This document shows positions 18,403-29,191 of a stretch of DNA of 64,000 nucleotides, piece by piece; position 1 is the stretch's first letter; each line of letters starts with the position of its first letter. A program made the position numbers and the translations under genes. The DNA is from Candidatus Poribacteria bacterium (GTDB taxonomy: Bacteria; Poribacteria; WGA-4E; WGA-3G). The DNA lies in assembly GCA_965214095.1 (NCBI GenBank), contig OZ243938.1, positions 1,664,001-1,728,000 on the forward strand. The letters run 5' to 3'. The notes under the pieces are model-generated. The model searched no databases, was not told the origin of the DNA, and was given only the letters and a program-made list of their open reading frames with translations.

Positions 18403-19644
18403 ATGCAGATAACACAAGGCGTTAGTGTCGGATTAGCAGCACTCAGTCGTAACAAATTACGTTCTGTCCTCACAACGTTGGGAATAATCATCGGTATTGC
18501 AGCAGTCGTTGCAGTCGTTTCTGTGGGTGGTGGCGCAGAACACCTTGTCCTCATAGAAATGGAACGGATAGGTGGAGCGGGGATGATCGTCTGCTTCCGA
18601 AAAGACCATATTCGCAGAGATGATGGTTCGTATATTCAAAACAAACATCCAGAATATATTGAATACAACGACCTTGCTTTCATACTTGAAACGTGTCCAT
18701 CCATAAAAACTGCAACAGCACAATCCGGGATGCATCTCCGTGTATCACACAGATACAACAATCGCTCACTACAGGTTCACGGTGTTACCCCTTCCTTTCA
18801 AGAAGTCAACAACTGGTACGCTGAAAGAGGTAGGTTCTTTACTGAAAACGACATGGAACTGCGAGACACTATCTGTGTGATTGGATCTGAAGTCCAAAAA
18901 GAACTATTTGATATGTCGGATCCGATAGGACAAGAATTAAGAGTTGGATCAGGACGATTCACCGTTATTGGTGTCATGGAGGAAAAAGGCAATAATATGG
19001 CAACTGAGGGATGGGATAATCGTGTGATTATACCCCTCACGACTATGAAAACCCGTTTTGTTGGTGATAGAAAAGGATGGCTTATATTATTTGCACAGGC
19101 GATTAGTTATGAAAAAGTTGAACAAGCAATCGCTGAAATCAAAATCGCCTTCAGACAACAACACGGTGATGAGAAATACTTCGATTTTTTCTCTGCAAAG
19201 CAAGTAATAGAACAAGTAGGGAATGTTAGTCGTATAATTCAGGTTCTTCTCGGTGCAGTTGCCAGTATCGCTCTATTTGTCGGTGGGATCGGCATTATGA
19301 ATATTATGCTGGTGTCGGTTACGGAGAGAACACGTGAAATCGGTTTACGGAAAGCCATCGGTGCAAGACGCACAGATATTCTTATTCAATTCTTGATTGA
19401 GGCGGTCGTCCTAAGCATCTGTGGTGGGTTGATAGGTATTTTTATTGGGAGTGGACTTGCAACAGGTTCAGGGTGGGTCATCTCTAAATTTGTGATTAAA
19501 GATGCGGCTTGGCCTGCAGTCGTGTCTATTCAGGCAGCGTTGATTGCGTTTGGTGTTTCAGCTTTCATCGGTGTGTTTTTTGGTATCTATCCAGCAAACA
19601 AAGCCGCAGGTCTCATGCCAACTGAAGCATTGCGTCATGATTAA
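18403..19644 (+). CDS. ABC transporter permease, MacB/FtsX family
   Basis: NKLRSVLTTLGIIIG, GGIGIMNIMLVSVTERTREIGLRKAIGA. Confidence 0.93.
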   Translation: MQITQGVSVGLAALSRNKLRSVLTTLGIIIGIAAVVAVVSVGGGAEHLVLIEMERIGGAGMIVCFRKDHIRRDDGSYIQNKHPEYIEYNDLAFILETCPSIKTATAQSGMHLRVSHRYNNRSLQVHGVTPSFQEVNNWYAERGRFFTENDMELRDTICVIGSEVQKELFDMSDPIGQELRVGSGRFTVIGVMEEKGNNMATEGWDNRVIIPLTTMKTRFVGDRKGWLILFAQAISYEKVEQAIAEIKIAFRQQHGDEKYFDFFSAKQVIEQVGNVSRIIQVLLGAVASIALFVGGIGIMNIMLVSVTERTREIGLRKAIGARRTDILIQFLIEAVVLSICGGLIGIFIGSGLATGSGWVISKFVIKDAAWPAVVSIQAALIAFGVSAFIGVFFGIYPANKAAGLMPTEALRHD

Positions 19645-19665
19645 AGAAGGAACCAGAGTAGACAA

Positions 19666-20901
19666 CTACAGATACGGCACAAGCACGTCATCCACAGAAC
19701 GCGTATTTGGAAACCAACCGACAATCTTCCGCAACACTTCATCAAGTAAAATATCCGGACAAGATGCACCAGCAGTCAAAACGATGTCAACCGATTTGCC
19801 ATCAGGACGGTCAGTCGGCAGCCAATCCTCAGTAACATTCACCTCTTTTGTTTCAAGTGATAAATGTCTGATTTTACTCGGACTGAGCAACTCATCTGCA
19901 TCTCTGACAAAAAAGGTTGGTAACTTATGTTCACAGAGTTCTACCAGATGACTTGTATTTGAAGAATTATATCCACCCACAACGACTGCTACATCACCAC
20001 CTTCAGCAATAAGTGCGAGTGTCGCGTCCTGATTTTCTTTTGTGGCATAGCAGAGGGTATCTTTCGTATCAGCAAAATGTTCAGAAAGATTCTCCGCTCC
20101 GTATCTTGTACCAACTGCTTCCCGCAATAAATCAGCAATAGTTTGTGTCTCTGTAGCTAACATCGTGGTCTGGTTGACAACACCGATGCGTTTGAGATGG
20201 ACATCTGGATGGAAACCATCTGAATAACGATCAGCGAATTTTTCAAAGAAAAAGTCAGCATCTGCTTCACCGCGAATCACTTTTGCAAGATCTTCTGCTT
20301 CCGCGAGGTCACGGACAACAACGACAGGTGCTTCTGCTTGTGCATGCGAAAATGTAGCACGAGTCTCCTCATGATACCGCTTGCCATGCACAACAACGGT
20401 GTAATCTTGCTTTCCAATCTCTTGGCTCCGCTTCCATACCTTTTCAACAAACGGACACGTTGTATTATAGGATGAAAGTGTCACACCCCGATCATTAAGT
20501 TCCTGCTCAACTTCCAACGTCGTGCCGAAGGCAGGAACAATAACAACATCATTAGGCACTAACACATCAAACGGTAGCAACGGTTTACCTTCAGTATCTG
20601 AAAGAAACTGCACGCCGTGATGTCTTAAATTGTCGTTGACGCGGGGATTGTGGATTATCTCTGATAGTAGGAAAATTCGCTTGTTTGGATTCTCCTCAAG
20701 TGCACGATATGCTATTTCAACAGCATTTTCAACACCATAACAGAATCCGAAGTGGCGTGCGATCTTAAATCGGACAGGTCCAAAATCTAATACGGAGGGA
20801 GATAAGTCTCGTTTACGTGTATCCATATTCCGCCGCGATGCCTTAACGGTGGAAATAACAGGACTTTCATAAAAGCGGGGTATATTAAATGTACGTGGCA
20901 T
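19666..20901 (-). CDS. ispH: 4-hydroxy-3-methylbut-2-enyl diphosphate reductase
   Basis: GFCYGVENA, IIHN, TTCPFV, QTT, LCYAT..NQ, GGYNSSNT, AGASCP. Confidence 0.95.
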   Translation of the reverse strand: MPRTFNIPRFYESPVISTVKASRRNMDTRKRDLSPSVLDFGPVRFKIARHFGFCYGVENAVEIAYRALEENPNKRIFLLSEIIHNPRVNDNLRHHGVQFLSDTEGKPLLPFDVLVPNDVVIVPAFGTTLEVEQELNDRGVTLSSYNTTCPFVEKVWKRSQEIGKQDYTVVVHGKRYHEETRATFSHAQAEAPVVVVRDLAEAEDLAKVIRGEADADFFFEKFADRYSDGFHPDVHLKRIGVVNQTTMLATETQTIADLLREAVGTRYGAENLSEHFADTKDTLCYATKENQDATLALIAEGGDVAVVVGGYNSSNTSHLVELCEHKLPTFFVRDADELLSPSKIRHLSLETKEVNVTEDWLPTDRPDGKSVDIVLTAGASCPDILLDEVLRKIVGWFPNTRSVDDVLVPYL

Positions 20902-20925
20902 CTTTCAAAATGTATGTTGTCTTCG

Positions 20926-21060
20926 TTATGCACTGAGAACTTTTCTACCCTTTGCCCTACGACGTGCAAGTATCTTTCTTCCATCACGGGTAGACATACG
21001 TTTCCGAAATCCGAGTTTGTTTTTTCTTTTCCGCCTATGTGGCTGATACGTACGTTTCAT
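20926..21060 (-). CDS. rpmH: 50S ribosomal protein L34 (44 aa; not in the ORF track)
   Basis: Manual translation gives [44 protein letters not shown]. Confidence 0.96.
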   Translation of the reverse strand: MKRTYQPHRRKRKNKLGFRKRMSTRDGRKILARRRAKGRKVLSA

Positions 21061-21322
21061 AACAATTCCTTTCTATTTCTTACCATAAAATACGTGCAGT
21101 TTTCGCTTTTCTACAATAAAAAGGATACACGATTTTTGCCAAATTGTCAAATCTTTCTGTTGATTAGCAAGCTAATCTCTCTTGATGTCAAGATATAGTT
21201 CAGATTGATAAGAAATCAGAACATATACAAACGGAAATAGTGTTAACTTAATTCAGTGGTATATCGTTAAATAATTGTGAAATTATCATATTGAAATTCA
21301 ATATTTATGACAGGAGAAAAAC

Positions 21323-21779
21323 ATGGATCAAGCAAAAAGAGACGTACTCATTGAAGAATTGACAAAAGTATATTGGATGGAATTGGAAGCGACAATTAAT
21401 TATCTTGCGATATCTGTTGATTTAGATGGCATACGTGCTGAAGAGATTAAGAAGTCTTTGGCAGCAGATATTCAAACAGAAATAACACATGCACAAGATT
21501 TGGCATCCCGTATTAAGGAAATCGGTGGAAATGTTCCCGGTTCGTTTGCGTTTAAAGCAGTTCAGACTTCGTTACAACCACCTGAAAATACGACTGATGT
21601 CCGTTGCTGCTATTAAAGGCGTTATTGAAGCAGAGAACGATGCAATTGATCAGTATAATAAGATCATTCGCTTGTGTGATGGTGATGATTATGTGACACA
21701 AGATCTTTGCATCAGACTTCTTGCAGATGAAGAGACGCACCGCAGAGAATTCAGAGGGTTTCTCAAGGAATACGAATAG
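21323..21779 (+). pseudogene. Ferritin/bacterioferritin-like diiron protein with an apparent 1-nt insertion near 21601
   Basis: Frame 1 has MELEA and EITHA; frame 2 continues VAAIKGVIEAE...ADEETH. GATGTCCGTT carries an extra C. Confidence 0.75.
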
Positions 21780-21804
21780 ACTATAATCTTTCAATGATAG
21801 ATAC

Positions 21805-21843
21805 AAGAACGAACAACTGACTACATGTCAATTGTTCGTTCTT
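21805..21843. terminator. Hairpin between convergent genes
   Basis: AAGAACGAACAACTGAC-loop-GTCAATTGTTCGTTCTT. Confidence 0.65.
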
Positions 21844-21867
21844 TGTTGTATGGTATGACGAAAACAA

Positions 21868-22506
21868 TTACTGCTTTTTAAGAACCATTATGTTTTCATC
21901 TGAACCTGTAGCTTCAAGTGTAAGGGTTTCACCCTCAATTGTGATTCGGGTTTTGGCAAAGGGTTTGAACACATGTGTGTTGAATTTCTCAAGTATCTCA
22001 TTTTTTGCCACTACCACATTTACCTCAAAGAAAGTCTCAAAGAAATCTTCAGGAATAGATTTAATACCCACATCTGTTTCTGCCTTGACTAATGATAGGA
22101 CATCATCATCAAAACTATATGTTCCTGTCCAAACACCCGCTAATTCAATCTTTCCTGCTTTCTCAGGATCATTTCTATTTGGATCTTCAGGAAATTCTAC
22201 CATTTCAAATTTCAGATTTAGAGTCCACTTATTATCTTCAGCAAACTCAAAATAATAGGTCTCGGTATTTATTTTCGGTCTGTCCTCTTCATCAGGTTCA
22301 TCTGCATTGACAAACGCTAAGGGATCTTCGTCATTGATTGAAATGACCTCCCAAGAAGCAATAAACCCTTCAGGTGGTAACGTTGGTTCAGTCGTAGTTG
22401 GTTTAGTTGTTGGTTCCACAGGTTTTTCCTCATCACTACCGCAGCCGAACATACCGAATAATATCAAGCAAACAAGTAGTGTTGAGATAGAAAAAAGTTT
22501 CTTCAT
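21868..22506 (-). CDS. Lipoprotein, lipocalin-like beta-barrel
   Basis: Lipobox MFGC; FIASWEVIS and WTGTYS patterns. Confidence 0.6.
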   Translation of the reverse strand: MKKLFSISTLLVCLILFGMFGCGSDEEKPVEPTTKPTTTEPTLPPEGFIASWEVISINDEDPLAFVNADEPDEEDRPKINTETYYFEFAEDNKWTLNLKFEMVEFPEDPNRNDPEKAGKIELAGVWTGTYSFDDDVLSLVKAETDVGIKSIPEDFFETFFEVNVVVAKNEILEKFNTHVFKPFAKTRITIEGETLTLEATGSDENIMVLKKQ

Positions 22507-22719
22507 TATTTTCCTTTATGTTGAGTAGATTAGTTTTGTACTTATGTATTTATAAACGTGAATATGTTTTGTGTGTTTACTTAAATTGCCACGCCGGTTC
22601 TACTTATATCGTAATTGGATTGTGAAAAGAAATTGCGTATCAGACTTGATATATAGTATAATTGCAATAAGTATATTTACCATATATATTACACATCATG
22701 TAAGTAGAGAAGGATAAAT

Positions 22720-23982
22720 ATGAACGATAACATTCAGCACATGATCCAGTCAAAAGCACGAAAAGCAAAAGCAGCGATGCGTATTCTATCTCGGAGTTCA
22801 GCAGATATCCGAAACAACGCACTCTTAGCAATGTCGGAAAACATACTAAAAGCGAAAGATGATATTCAGGAAGTTAACCGATATGATCTTGAAAACGGTG
22901 AGAAAACAGGATTAGAGAAACCATTAATGCAGCGTCTCCTTCTTGACGACGGAAAAATTGCACGTATGGCAGACAACTTACGGCAAGTTGCTGCACTACC
23001 TGACCCAATCGGTGAAGTAATTAGCATGGGGGAACGTCCTAATGGACTTAAAATCGGTAGAGTACGTGTTCCGATAGGTGTCGTTGGTGTTGTGTACGAA
23101 TCTCGTCCAGACGTGACCGTTGAGGTATCAGCACTCTGTATCAAATCTGGCAACGGTGTTATTTTACGGGGTGGTTCAGAGGCAATTCATTCCAATAATA
23201 TACTTGCAAGTATCCTCAGCGATACGGCTGCCAAAGAAGGTGTGCCTGATGCTATCCAATTCGTTGACACCATTGATAGACAAGCCGTCTATGAACTTAT
23301 ACGTCTACCTGAATATATCGATCTGGTAATTCCACGCGGCAGTAACGAATTCGTCCAGAAGTTGATGCGGGAATCTGATATTCCTGTGCTTGGACATGCA
23401 GATGGTATTTGTCATATCTATGTTGACGAAGCAGCGGACCTTGAGATGGCATCTAAGATTTGCATAAACGCAAAAGTCGGGTATAAAGTCGCTGTTTGTA
23501 ATGCTTTAGAGACATTACTTGTTCATACTGATGTTGCGGACACGTTTCTCCCTGCTTTCTGTGAGTCATTGCAAGAGCAAAATGTAGAAGTTCGTGGATG
23601 CAAGAAGACGCAACAGATTGTCTCCACTGCTAAACCTGCAACTGAAGAAGATTGGAAAACAGAATATCTTGATTATATCCTCTCTATTCGCGTGGTAGAT
23701 GATATTGACACTGCGATTGACCATATTGAAACTTACGGTTCACATCATTCCGATGCGATTATCACAGAAAGTTATAGTGCATCGCAACGTTTTCTCAAAG
23801 AGGTAGATTCGGCTGCGGTTTATGTCAATGCAAGTACCGTCTTTACGGATGGTTATGAATTTGGGTTGGGTGCTGAGGTAGGAATTAGCACACAAAAACT
23901 TCATTCTCGTGGTCCGATGGGTCTTGAAGGTTTGACGAGTTATAAGTATATAATCTATGGGGATGGTCAGGTACGTGAGTAG
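22720..23982 (+). CDS. proA: Gamma-glutamyl phosphate reductase
   Basis: VPIGVVGVVYESRP, LRGGSEA, CNALETLLVH, EVGISTQKLHSRGPMGL. Confidence 0.96.
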   Translation: MNDNIQHMIQSKARKAKAAMRILSRSSADIRNNALLAMSENILKAKDDIQEVNRYDLENGEKTGLEKPLMQRLLLDDGKIARMADNLRQVAALPDPIGEVISMGERPNGLKIGRVRVPIGVVGVVYESRPDVTVEVSALCIKSGNGVILRGGSEAIHSNNILASILSDTAAKEGVPDAIQFVDTIDRQAVYELIRLPEYIDLVIPRGSNEFVQKLMRESDIPVLGHADGICHIYVDEAADLEMASKICINAKVGYKVAVCNALETLLVHTDVADTFLPAFCESLQEQNVEVRGCKKTQQIVSTAKPATEEDWKTEYLDYILSIRVVDDIDTAIDHIETYGSHHSDAIITESYSASQRFLKEVDSAAVYVNASTVFTDGYEFGLGAEVGISTQKLHSRGPMGLEGLTSYKYIIYGDGQVRE

Positions 23983-24060
23983 ATAGAGTCAAATTAAGAC
24001 ATATTTTGCGCCCTATTGTTAATAGGACTACACAACTGTAGTAAGATAATCTTGGAACTA

Positions 24061-24285
24061 ATGCAAGAATCTAAGTTTTACCAACGCCAAAGCGAGAAAA
24101 TCATCAGGGAAACTACCATTAAACACATTTTGGCAGTGCTCAACACAAAATATTCTGCTGATATTGTGAGTGCTATAACGCCTATGATTCAAAACATCAA
24201 CGATTTGCAACGACTTGACGATTTACATACGGCCGCAGCAAAGGCACAGAACATTGAGACATTTACGCAAATGTTGAATAAATAG
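24061..24285 (+). pseudogene. Short ORF resembling the C-terminus of Rpn/PD-(D/E)XK-family proteins
   Basis: MQESKFYQ...ILAVLNTKY...IQNINDLQRLDDLHTAA pattern. Confidence 0.4.
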
Positions 24286-24340
24286 AAACACAGGAGAGTG
24301 AGCATAAGATAAATTGTGAGGACTAATGCTTTTAAACATA

Positions 24341-25189
24341 CTACCGTCGTCGCTTCCGTCTCTTTGAACGCGGTGTTTCTTTCTCTGGTTCAGGTATTTG
24401 CATTTCAGATTCCGCCGCGACCCTTGGACGGTTATGCATCCACACAGTAAAGAAAATCCCAAAACAGATGAGGAGAATACTCACAACTTGCGGGGATGTC
24501 AACCAATGTAAAGAGGATGTCTCTGGAAATACGCGCGGTGTCAATCGCCAAAATTCTACGAAAAACCTTTCCACGCCAATCAAAATAAGACTCACACCAA
24601 AAACGAACCCTGGGATTGATACGTATTTTTTTCGTTGCGACCAGATGACTGCAAAGAAGGTGACTGATAGTAACGTTTCATAAATAGGTGTTGGGTGAAC
24701 TGGGACATTCGTTGGTACAGTGCCGTTTGGAAATGCCATTGCCCACGGTAAGTCGGTAGGCGGTCCGTAGTCTCCATCTCCTGCAAGCAGACATCCAATT
24801 CTACCGATGCCATATCCAAGCAGTAGTAGGGGACCGAGCACATCAACAGTCGGGAGGAAAGGGTTAGGCGAACGATGTATAATCCAACTGACAGCAGCAC
24901 TGCCACCAATCAAACCACCATACCAAACCAACCCACTCGGCGAAAAGATTTCGTCCACCTCTATCTTACCATCAAGGAAAATAAAGTAGATTTTCGCGCC
25001 GACAATCCCGCCAATAGCACCTGCGACAATAATCGTTGTGGCTACATCTCCTTCATAGCCTCTCCTGTTTAATTCATGCTTTAATATGATGCTACACGTA
25101 ATGAATGCAGTGGCTAACATAACACCATAACTATGAATACCGAGGGGGAAAGAAAATATCGTGCCAAAATCAATTAGCGTCGGATACAT
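24341..25189 (-). CDS. lgt: Prolipoprotein diacylglyceryl transferase
   Basis: SYGVM, GLVWYGGLIGG, GRIGC, HPTPIYE, RFFVEFWR. Confidence 0.93.
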   Translation of the reverse strand: MYPTLIDFGTIFSFPLGIHSYGVMLATAFITCSIILKHELNRRGYEGDVATTIIVAGAIGGIVGAKIYFIFLDGKIEVDEIFSPSGLVWYGGLIGGSAAVSWIIHRSPNPFLPTVDVLGPLLLLGYGIGRIGCLLAGDGDYGPPTDLPWAMAFPNGTVPTNVPVHPTPIYETLLSVTFFAVIWSQRKKYVSIPGFVFGVSLILIGVERFFVEFWRLTPRVFPETSSLHWLTSPQVVSILLICFGIFFTVWMHNRPRVAAESEMQIPEPEKETPRSKRRKRRR

Positions 25190-25195
25190 ATTTTT

Positions 25196-25900
25196 TCATT
25201 CTCCAAGGTATGCTTGTCGGACACGTTCGTCAGCCAAAAGATCGGTAGATGCACCTTCAATAGTAATTTCACCTGTCTCCATCACATAACCTCTATCTGT
25301 CAGATTTAACGCAAGTTGTGCGTTCTGTTCAACTAACAGAATCGTTGTTCCCTCTTCATTGATTTGTTGAAGTATTTCAAATATCTGTTTGATAATCAAT
25401 GGCGCAAGTCCTAATGAAGGTTCATCAAGGAGCAGCAGTCTCGGGTTTGACATCAGGGATCTACCGATGGCTAACATCTGCTGTTCACCACCACTCAGAC
25501 TACCGCCACGTTGTTTTCGTCGTTCTGCAAGCACAGGAAAATAACCAAAAATCTTGTCTAAATCGTTTCTTATTCCCCCAGAATCGTGCCTAATGTATGC
25601 ACCGAGTTCAAGGTTTTCAAGGACAGTCATTTCAGGGAAAATCAATCGTCCTTCAGGCACTTGCGAAATTCCATAAGTTACACGTTGTTCAGCGGAAGAT
25701 TTCGTAATATCCGATTCTTCAAATAGAATCTCCCCTTCAACAGGTGTGTAAACACCGGAAATTGTCATCAGGGTAGTAGATTTACCGGCACCGTTCGCGC
25801 CGATCATACATACCTTTTCGCCTTCGTTTACCTTAAGGGAAATACCGCGCACCGCACGGATATTTCCATAGTAAGTATGAATGTCATGCAGTTCAAGCAT
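25196..25900 (-). CDS. livF: Branched-chain amino acid ABC transporter ATPase
   Basis: GANGAGKST, VPEGR, LSGGEQQMLAIGR, LDEPSLGLAP, VEQN. Confidence 0.93.
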   Translation of the reverse strand: MLELHDIHTYYGNIRAVRGISLKVNEGEKVCMIGANGAGKSTTLMTISGVYTPVEGEILFEESDITKSSAEQRVTYGISQVPEGRLIFPEMTVLENLELGAYIRHDSGGIRNDLDKIFGYFPVLAERRKQRGGSLSGGEQQMLAIGRSLMSNPRLLLLDEPSLGLAPLIIKQIFEILQQINEEGTTILLVEQNAQLALNLTDRGYVMETGEITIEGASTDLLADERVRQAYLGE

Positions 25901-26681
25901 CGTCAGATGTTCCTAAGTATGCGGCGATAACACGTTCATCATTCTGAACGACTGAAGGTTCACCATCGCTGATCTTTTCGCCATGATCCAGCACAGTGAC
26001 CCAATCTGATATTTGCATCACCAATTTCATATCGTGTTCAATTAGCAGCACAGAGATACCTTGTTCACGAATAGTATAGATTAAAGAAATAAGTTCTTGG
26101 GTTTCAAGCGGATTCATGCCTGCGGCAGGTTCATCAAGCAGAATTAGTAAAGGTTTGGTTGCTAATGCTCTTGCGATTTCAACACGACGTTGGTCACCAT
26201 AAGATAGATTTCCCGCTGTTTGGTCGCTAACATCCAATAATCCAACAAAGTTGAGCATCTCCTGAGCGTATTCAGTAATCTCTGACTCTTCTTTTTGTTG
26301 TCTCTTGGTGTGAAACACAGCCCCCATAAAATTGCTAACTGTCCGACAGTGTCGTCCGATTTTAACGTTGTCAAGCACCGTTAACTCTGTAAAAAGTCGT
26401 ATATTCTGAAATGTCCTTGCTATACCGAGTTCTGTGACTTCATCCGCACGTAATCCTGTGATCGGTTTCCCCAGAAAATTTGCGCGTCCCAACGTTGGTG
26501 TATCTAAACCGGTAACGCAATTGAAGAGCGTTGTTTTACCCGCACCATTAGGACCAATCAAACTGGAAATTTGACCAGGGTGAATTTCCATCGAAACTTC
26601 AGATAAGGCGATTACGCCACCATAGTGTCGACTCAACTCTTGTGTCTCAAGGATATTAATAGGTTTATCTGCCATCAACAT
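25893..26681 (-). CDS. livG: Branched-chain amino acid ABC transporter ATPase
   Basis: GPNGAGKTT, ARTFQNIRLF, LSYGDQRRVEIARAL, LDEPAAG, IEHDM. Confidence 0.93.
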   Translation of the reverse strand: MLMADKPINILETQELSRHYGGVIALSEVSMEIHPGQISSLIGPNGAGKTTLFNCVTGLDTPTLGRANFLGKPITGLRADEVTELGIARTFQNIRLFTELTVLDNVKIGRHCRTVSNFMGAVFHTKRQQKEESEITEYAQEMLNFVGLLDVSDQTAGNLSYGDQRRVEIARALATKPLLILLDEPAAGMNPLETQELISLIYTIREQGISVLLIEHDMKLVMQISDWVTVLDHGEKISDGEPSVVQNDERVIAAYLGTSDDA

Positions 26682-26894
26682 CTCCTATTCTAAATCTTCT
26701 CCTCTATAGGATACCTTAAATAGTGATACGGTGTCAATTGTTTTCTATTGTAATATTCATCAATATGTGTTACAATTAATATGGTAATTATGATAATTGA
26801 AAGTTAATTGCACATATAGGATTTGTAGAAGGGAACTTCGATTCCTGACTGTCACTGAGTTAAATCGCAAAATTTGCCCTATTCCATCTCTATT

Positions 26895-26997
26895 TATAGT
26901 GAAGCATAGAATTATATCTACACTTTCTATCAACGGTAGGCGAGGTTTCCTAACCTCGCCGGTGCAGAGTGTTCAAGTAATTTCAAAATCTACTATA
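26895..26997. mobile_element. 103-bp MITE-like element (TATAGT...ACTATA) with a central GTAG-REP hairpin
   Basis: Reverse complement aligns to 54783-54885. Core GTAGGCGAGGTTTCCTAACCTCGCC. Confidence 0.7.
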
Positions 26998-27014
26998 ATG
27001 AGAGTTGCTTCAAT

Positions 27015-28010
27015 ATGCCGCATACCACCAAATCAGATGAAGAGAGAAATCGTGAATATTTGTTTGCACTTGCATCTGTTGATGGAATTGGTCCCGTTCG
27101 TATCAAATGTTTAATAGAACGATTTGGTAATGTAGAACAAATTTTTGAGGCAGAAATTGTTGAGATTGCACAATTACCTCAATTTAATCATACTTTAGCA
27201 TTACGGATACTTGCAATACCTAACAGACTCGGAGCATTACGTCAAAAATTAGACGAAATTGCAGATCAAGGCATATCCGTTCTCATTCCTGATGACACCG
27301 AATATCCTACACTCCTGAAGTCTGTACGAGACGCACCGACAGTGCTATGCAGAGTCGGCGAATTATCTGATATAGGTGAAAAGTGTGTAGCAATTGTGGG
27401 TACAAAACACCCAACGGCCGCGAGTATTGATGTAACACTTGGACTTACGATCCGTCTGGTTGAAGCAGGCTTTACCGTTGTAAGCGGGTTAGCAAATGGT
27501 ATAGATACGGCCGCACATAGTGGAACATTGGAAGCAGATGGAACGACTATCAGTGTGTTATCTACAGATTTGTCAACTATCTATCCACCTGAAAACTACA
27601 CTCTCGCGCGAGAAATATTTGAGACAGGATGCCTTTTCTCGGAACATCCTTTCCCCACGCAACCAACCCCGGCGAACCTTGTCCTACGTAACAGAATTAT
27701 CAGCGGTCTTTCTATGGCGACAGTAGTTGTAGAGACACCAAAGGATGGTGGAGCGATGCATACTGCACGCTACGCAGAATTACAAGATCGACCCGTTTTT
27801 GCTTGCAATTGGAGGACAGAAAATCAAAAGAGTGATGGAACACGCCATCTTATTAATAAGGGGGCATTCTCTTTCCTACCAGATCAACTTGATAAAGTCG
27901 TAGACATGTTAGGACACCCGGAAAATCTTCAAAATCATACACAGGAAACTACAGCAGAACAGATTGAACTCTTTAAGAACAAAGAAATTGAATCTCAGTC
28001 AAACTTATAA
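27015..28010 (+). CDS. dprA: DNA-processing protein DprA
   Basis: VAIVGT, VVSGLANGIDTAAH, RNRIISGLS, GGAMHTA. Confidence 0.93.
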   Translation: MPHTTKSDEERNREYLFALASVDGIGPVRIKCLIERFGNVEQIFEAEIVEIAQLPQFNHTLALRILAIPNRLGALRQKLDEIADQGISVLIPDDTEYPTLLKSVRDAPTVLCRVGELSDIGEKCVAIVGTKHPTAASIDVTLGLTIRLVEAGFTVVSGLANGIDTAAHSGTLEADGTTISVLSTDLSTIYPPENYTLAREIFETGCLFSEHPFPTQPTPANLVLRNRIISGLSMATVVVETPKDGGAMHTARYAELQDRPVFACNWRTENQKSDGTRHLINKGAFSFLPDQLDKVVDMLGHPENLQNHTQETTAEQIELFKNKEIESQSNL

Positions 28011-28490
28011 AAAAATCAAAAAAATGTATCATTTTTTCTTGATACGTGTTATAATATATGCTAATCTTTAGCATATTTCAAATATTTAAAATTTCCACTT
28101 TACAAAAAAATACTCTTTTTGTATAATTGTTAGTGGAAAATCGATTTTTTTTTAACCTTTACAGATTTTGCAATTTTTGCTAAACTTAAAGGTAATCAGT
28201 TTGAGCGTTGACTTTCGGAACTGAAAATTGTCTATCCAATGGTAAAAATAGCAACAGTTCCGTAGAAGTTTTATTCTCAAAGCATCGTCTATCCTCTTAT
28301 ATAATTGAGGAGGACAACGAAATAGTCTGAAATTACTTGACTAAATATAGATATGATAGTTGGTTTCCAATACTTTCGTCAAAATAAACGAATAATAAAC
28401 TCGGAAACCTTGTTAATATGAAGTTTTTAACCCGTATCCATTTAGGATACATTATATTCTGATAAACCTTAATTAAGGAGTTACCTACTC

Positions 28491-29135
28491 ATGAAACTTT
28501 TTTTTAGAACCTTGGCAATAGTCATGGCGGCGTTGCTTGCCGTTTCATTGGTTGGCTGTGGTGGAGACGATGAACCTAAAACTCCAGATGCAGCATTTGT
28601 TAGTGCCTCACCCGCAGATGGAGATCTGGCAGCAAATGGCAGTATTAGCGTCACATTTGACAACAACCCTGGTGATGTAACAGTTACTGGTGGCGGTACA
28701 GCTACCACTTCCGGCAAAACTCGGACTATCGCACCACCAGCAGACGGCTACCCAACTGGTGCACTTACCATTACAGTTACGTGGACCAACGGCGATGGAT
28801 CCCAGGATCTTACTTATAACGTAATCGCCGCTGATGAAACCGCACCGTCAGTTACAGATAGCAGTCCTGAAGACGGTGAAGAAGGGGTTAGTCCTGATTT
28901 AGAAGAGGTATCAGTTACCTTCGACGAACCTGTAACTGGGAGCCTTATGCTACTTGATGGCGATGATGATCAAAATTGGGAGCAATCTACTGATGGCAAC
29001 ACAATAACCCTCACTATTATTGCTGGGGCAGAACTTGGCAACGAAACCGAGTACAAAATTGCTGGTACAGTCAGTGATGGTGCTGGCAACGACACCGATG
29101 TTGAAATCACATTTGTCACTGAAGCTAAAGAGTAA
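28491..29135 (+). CDS. Lipoprotein with bacterial Ig-like (Big_5) domains
   Basis: Lipobox LVGC; DETAPSVTDSSPEDG..V...VSVTFDEPV...VSDGAGN. Confidence 0.8.
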   Translation: MKLFFRTLAIVMAALLAVSLVGCGGDDEPKTPDAAFVSASPADGDLAANGSISVTFDNNPGDVTVTGGGTATTSGKTRTIAPPADGYPTGALTITVTWTNGDGSQDLTYNVIAADETAPSVTDSSPEDGEEGVSPDLEEVSVTFDEPVTGSLMLLDGDDDQNWEQSTDGNTITLTIIAGAELGNETEYKIAGTVSDGAGNDTDVEITFVTEAKE

Positions 29136-29152
29136 ATTTTCGACTATTTCAC

Positions 29153-29191
29153 AAAAAAAGACAACGTATCATTGATACGTTGTCTTTTTTT
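29153..29191 (+). terminator. Rho-independent terminator
   Basis: AAAAAAAGACAACGTATCA-T-TGATACGTTGTCTTTTTTT. Confidence 0.85.

Noticed and set aside
20914-21198. 94-aa plus-strand ORF
   Set aside because: It is antisense to rpmH and has no protein-like features.
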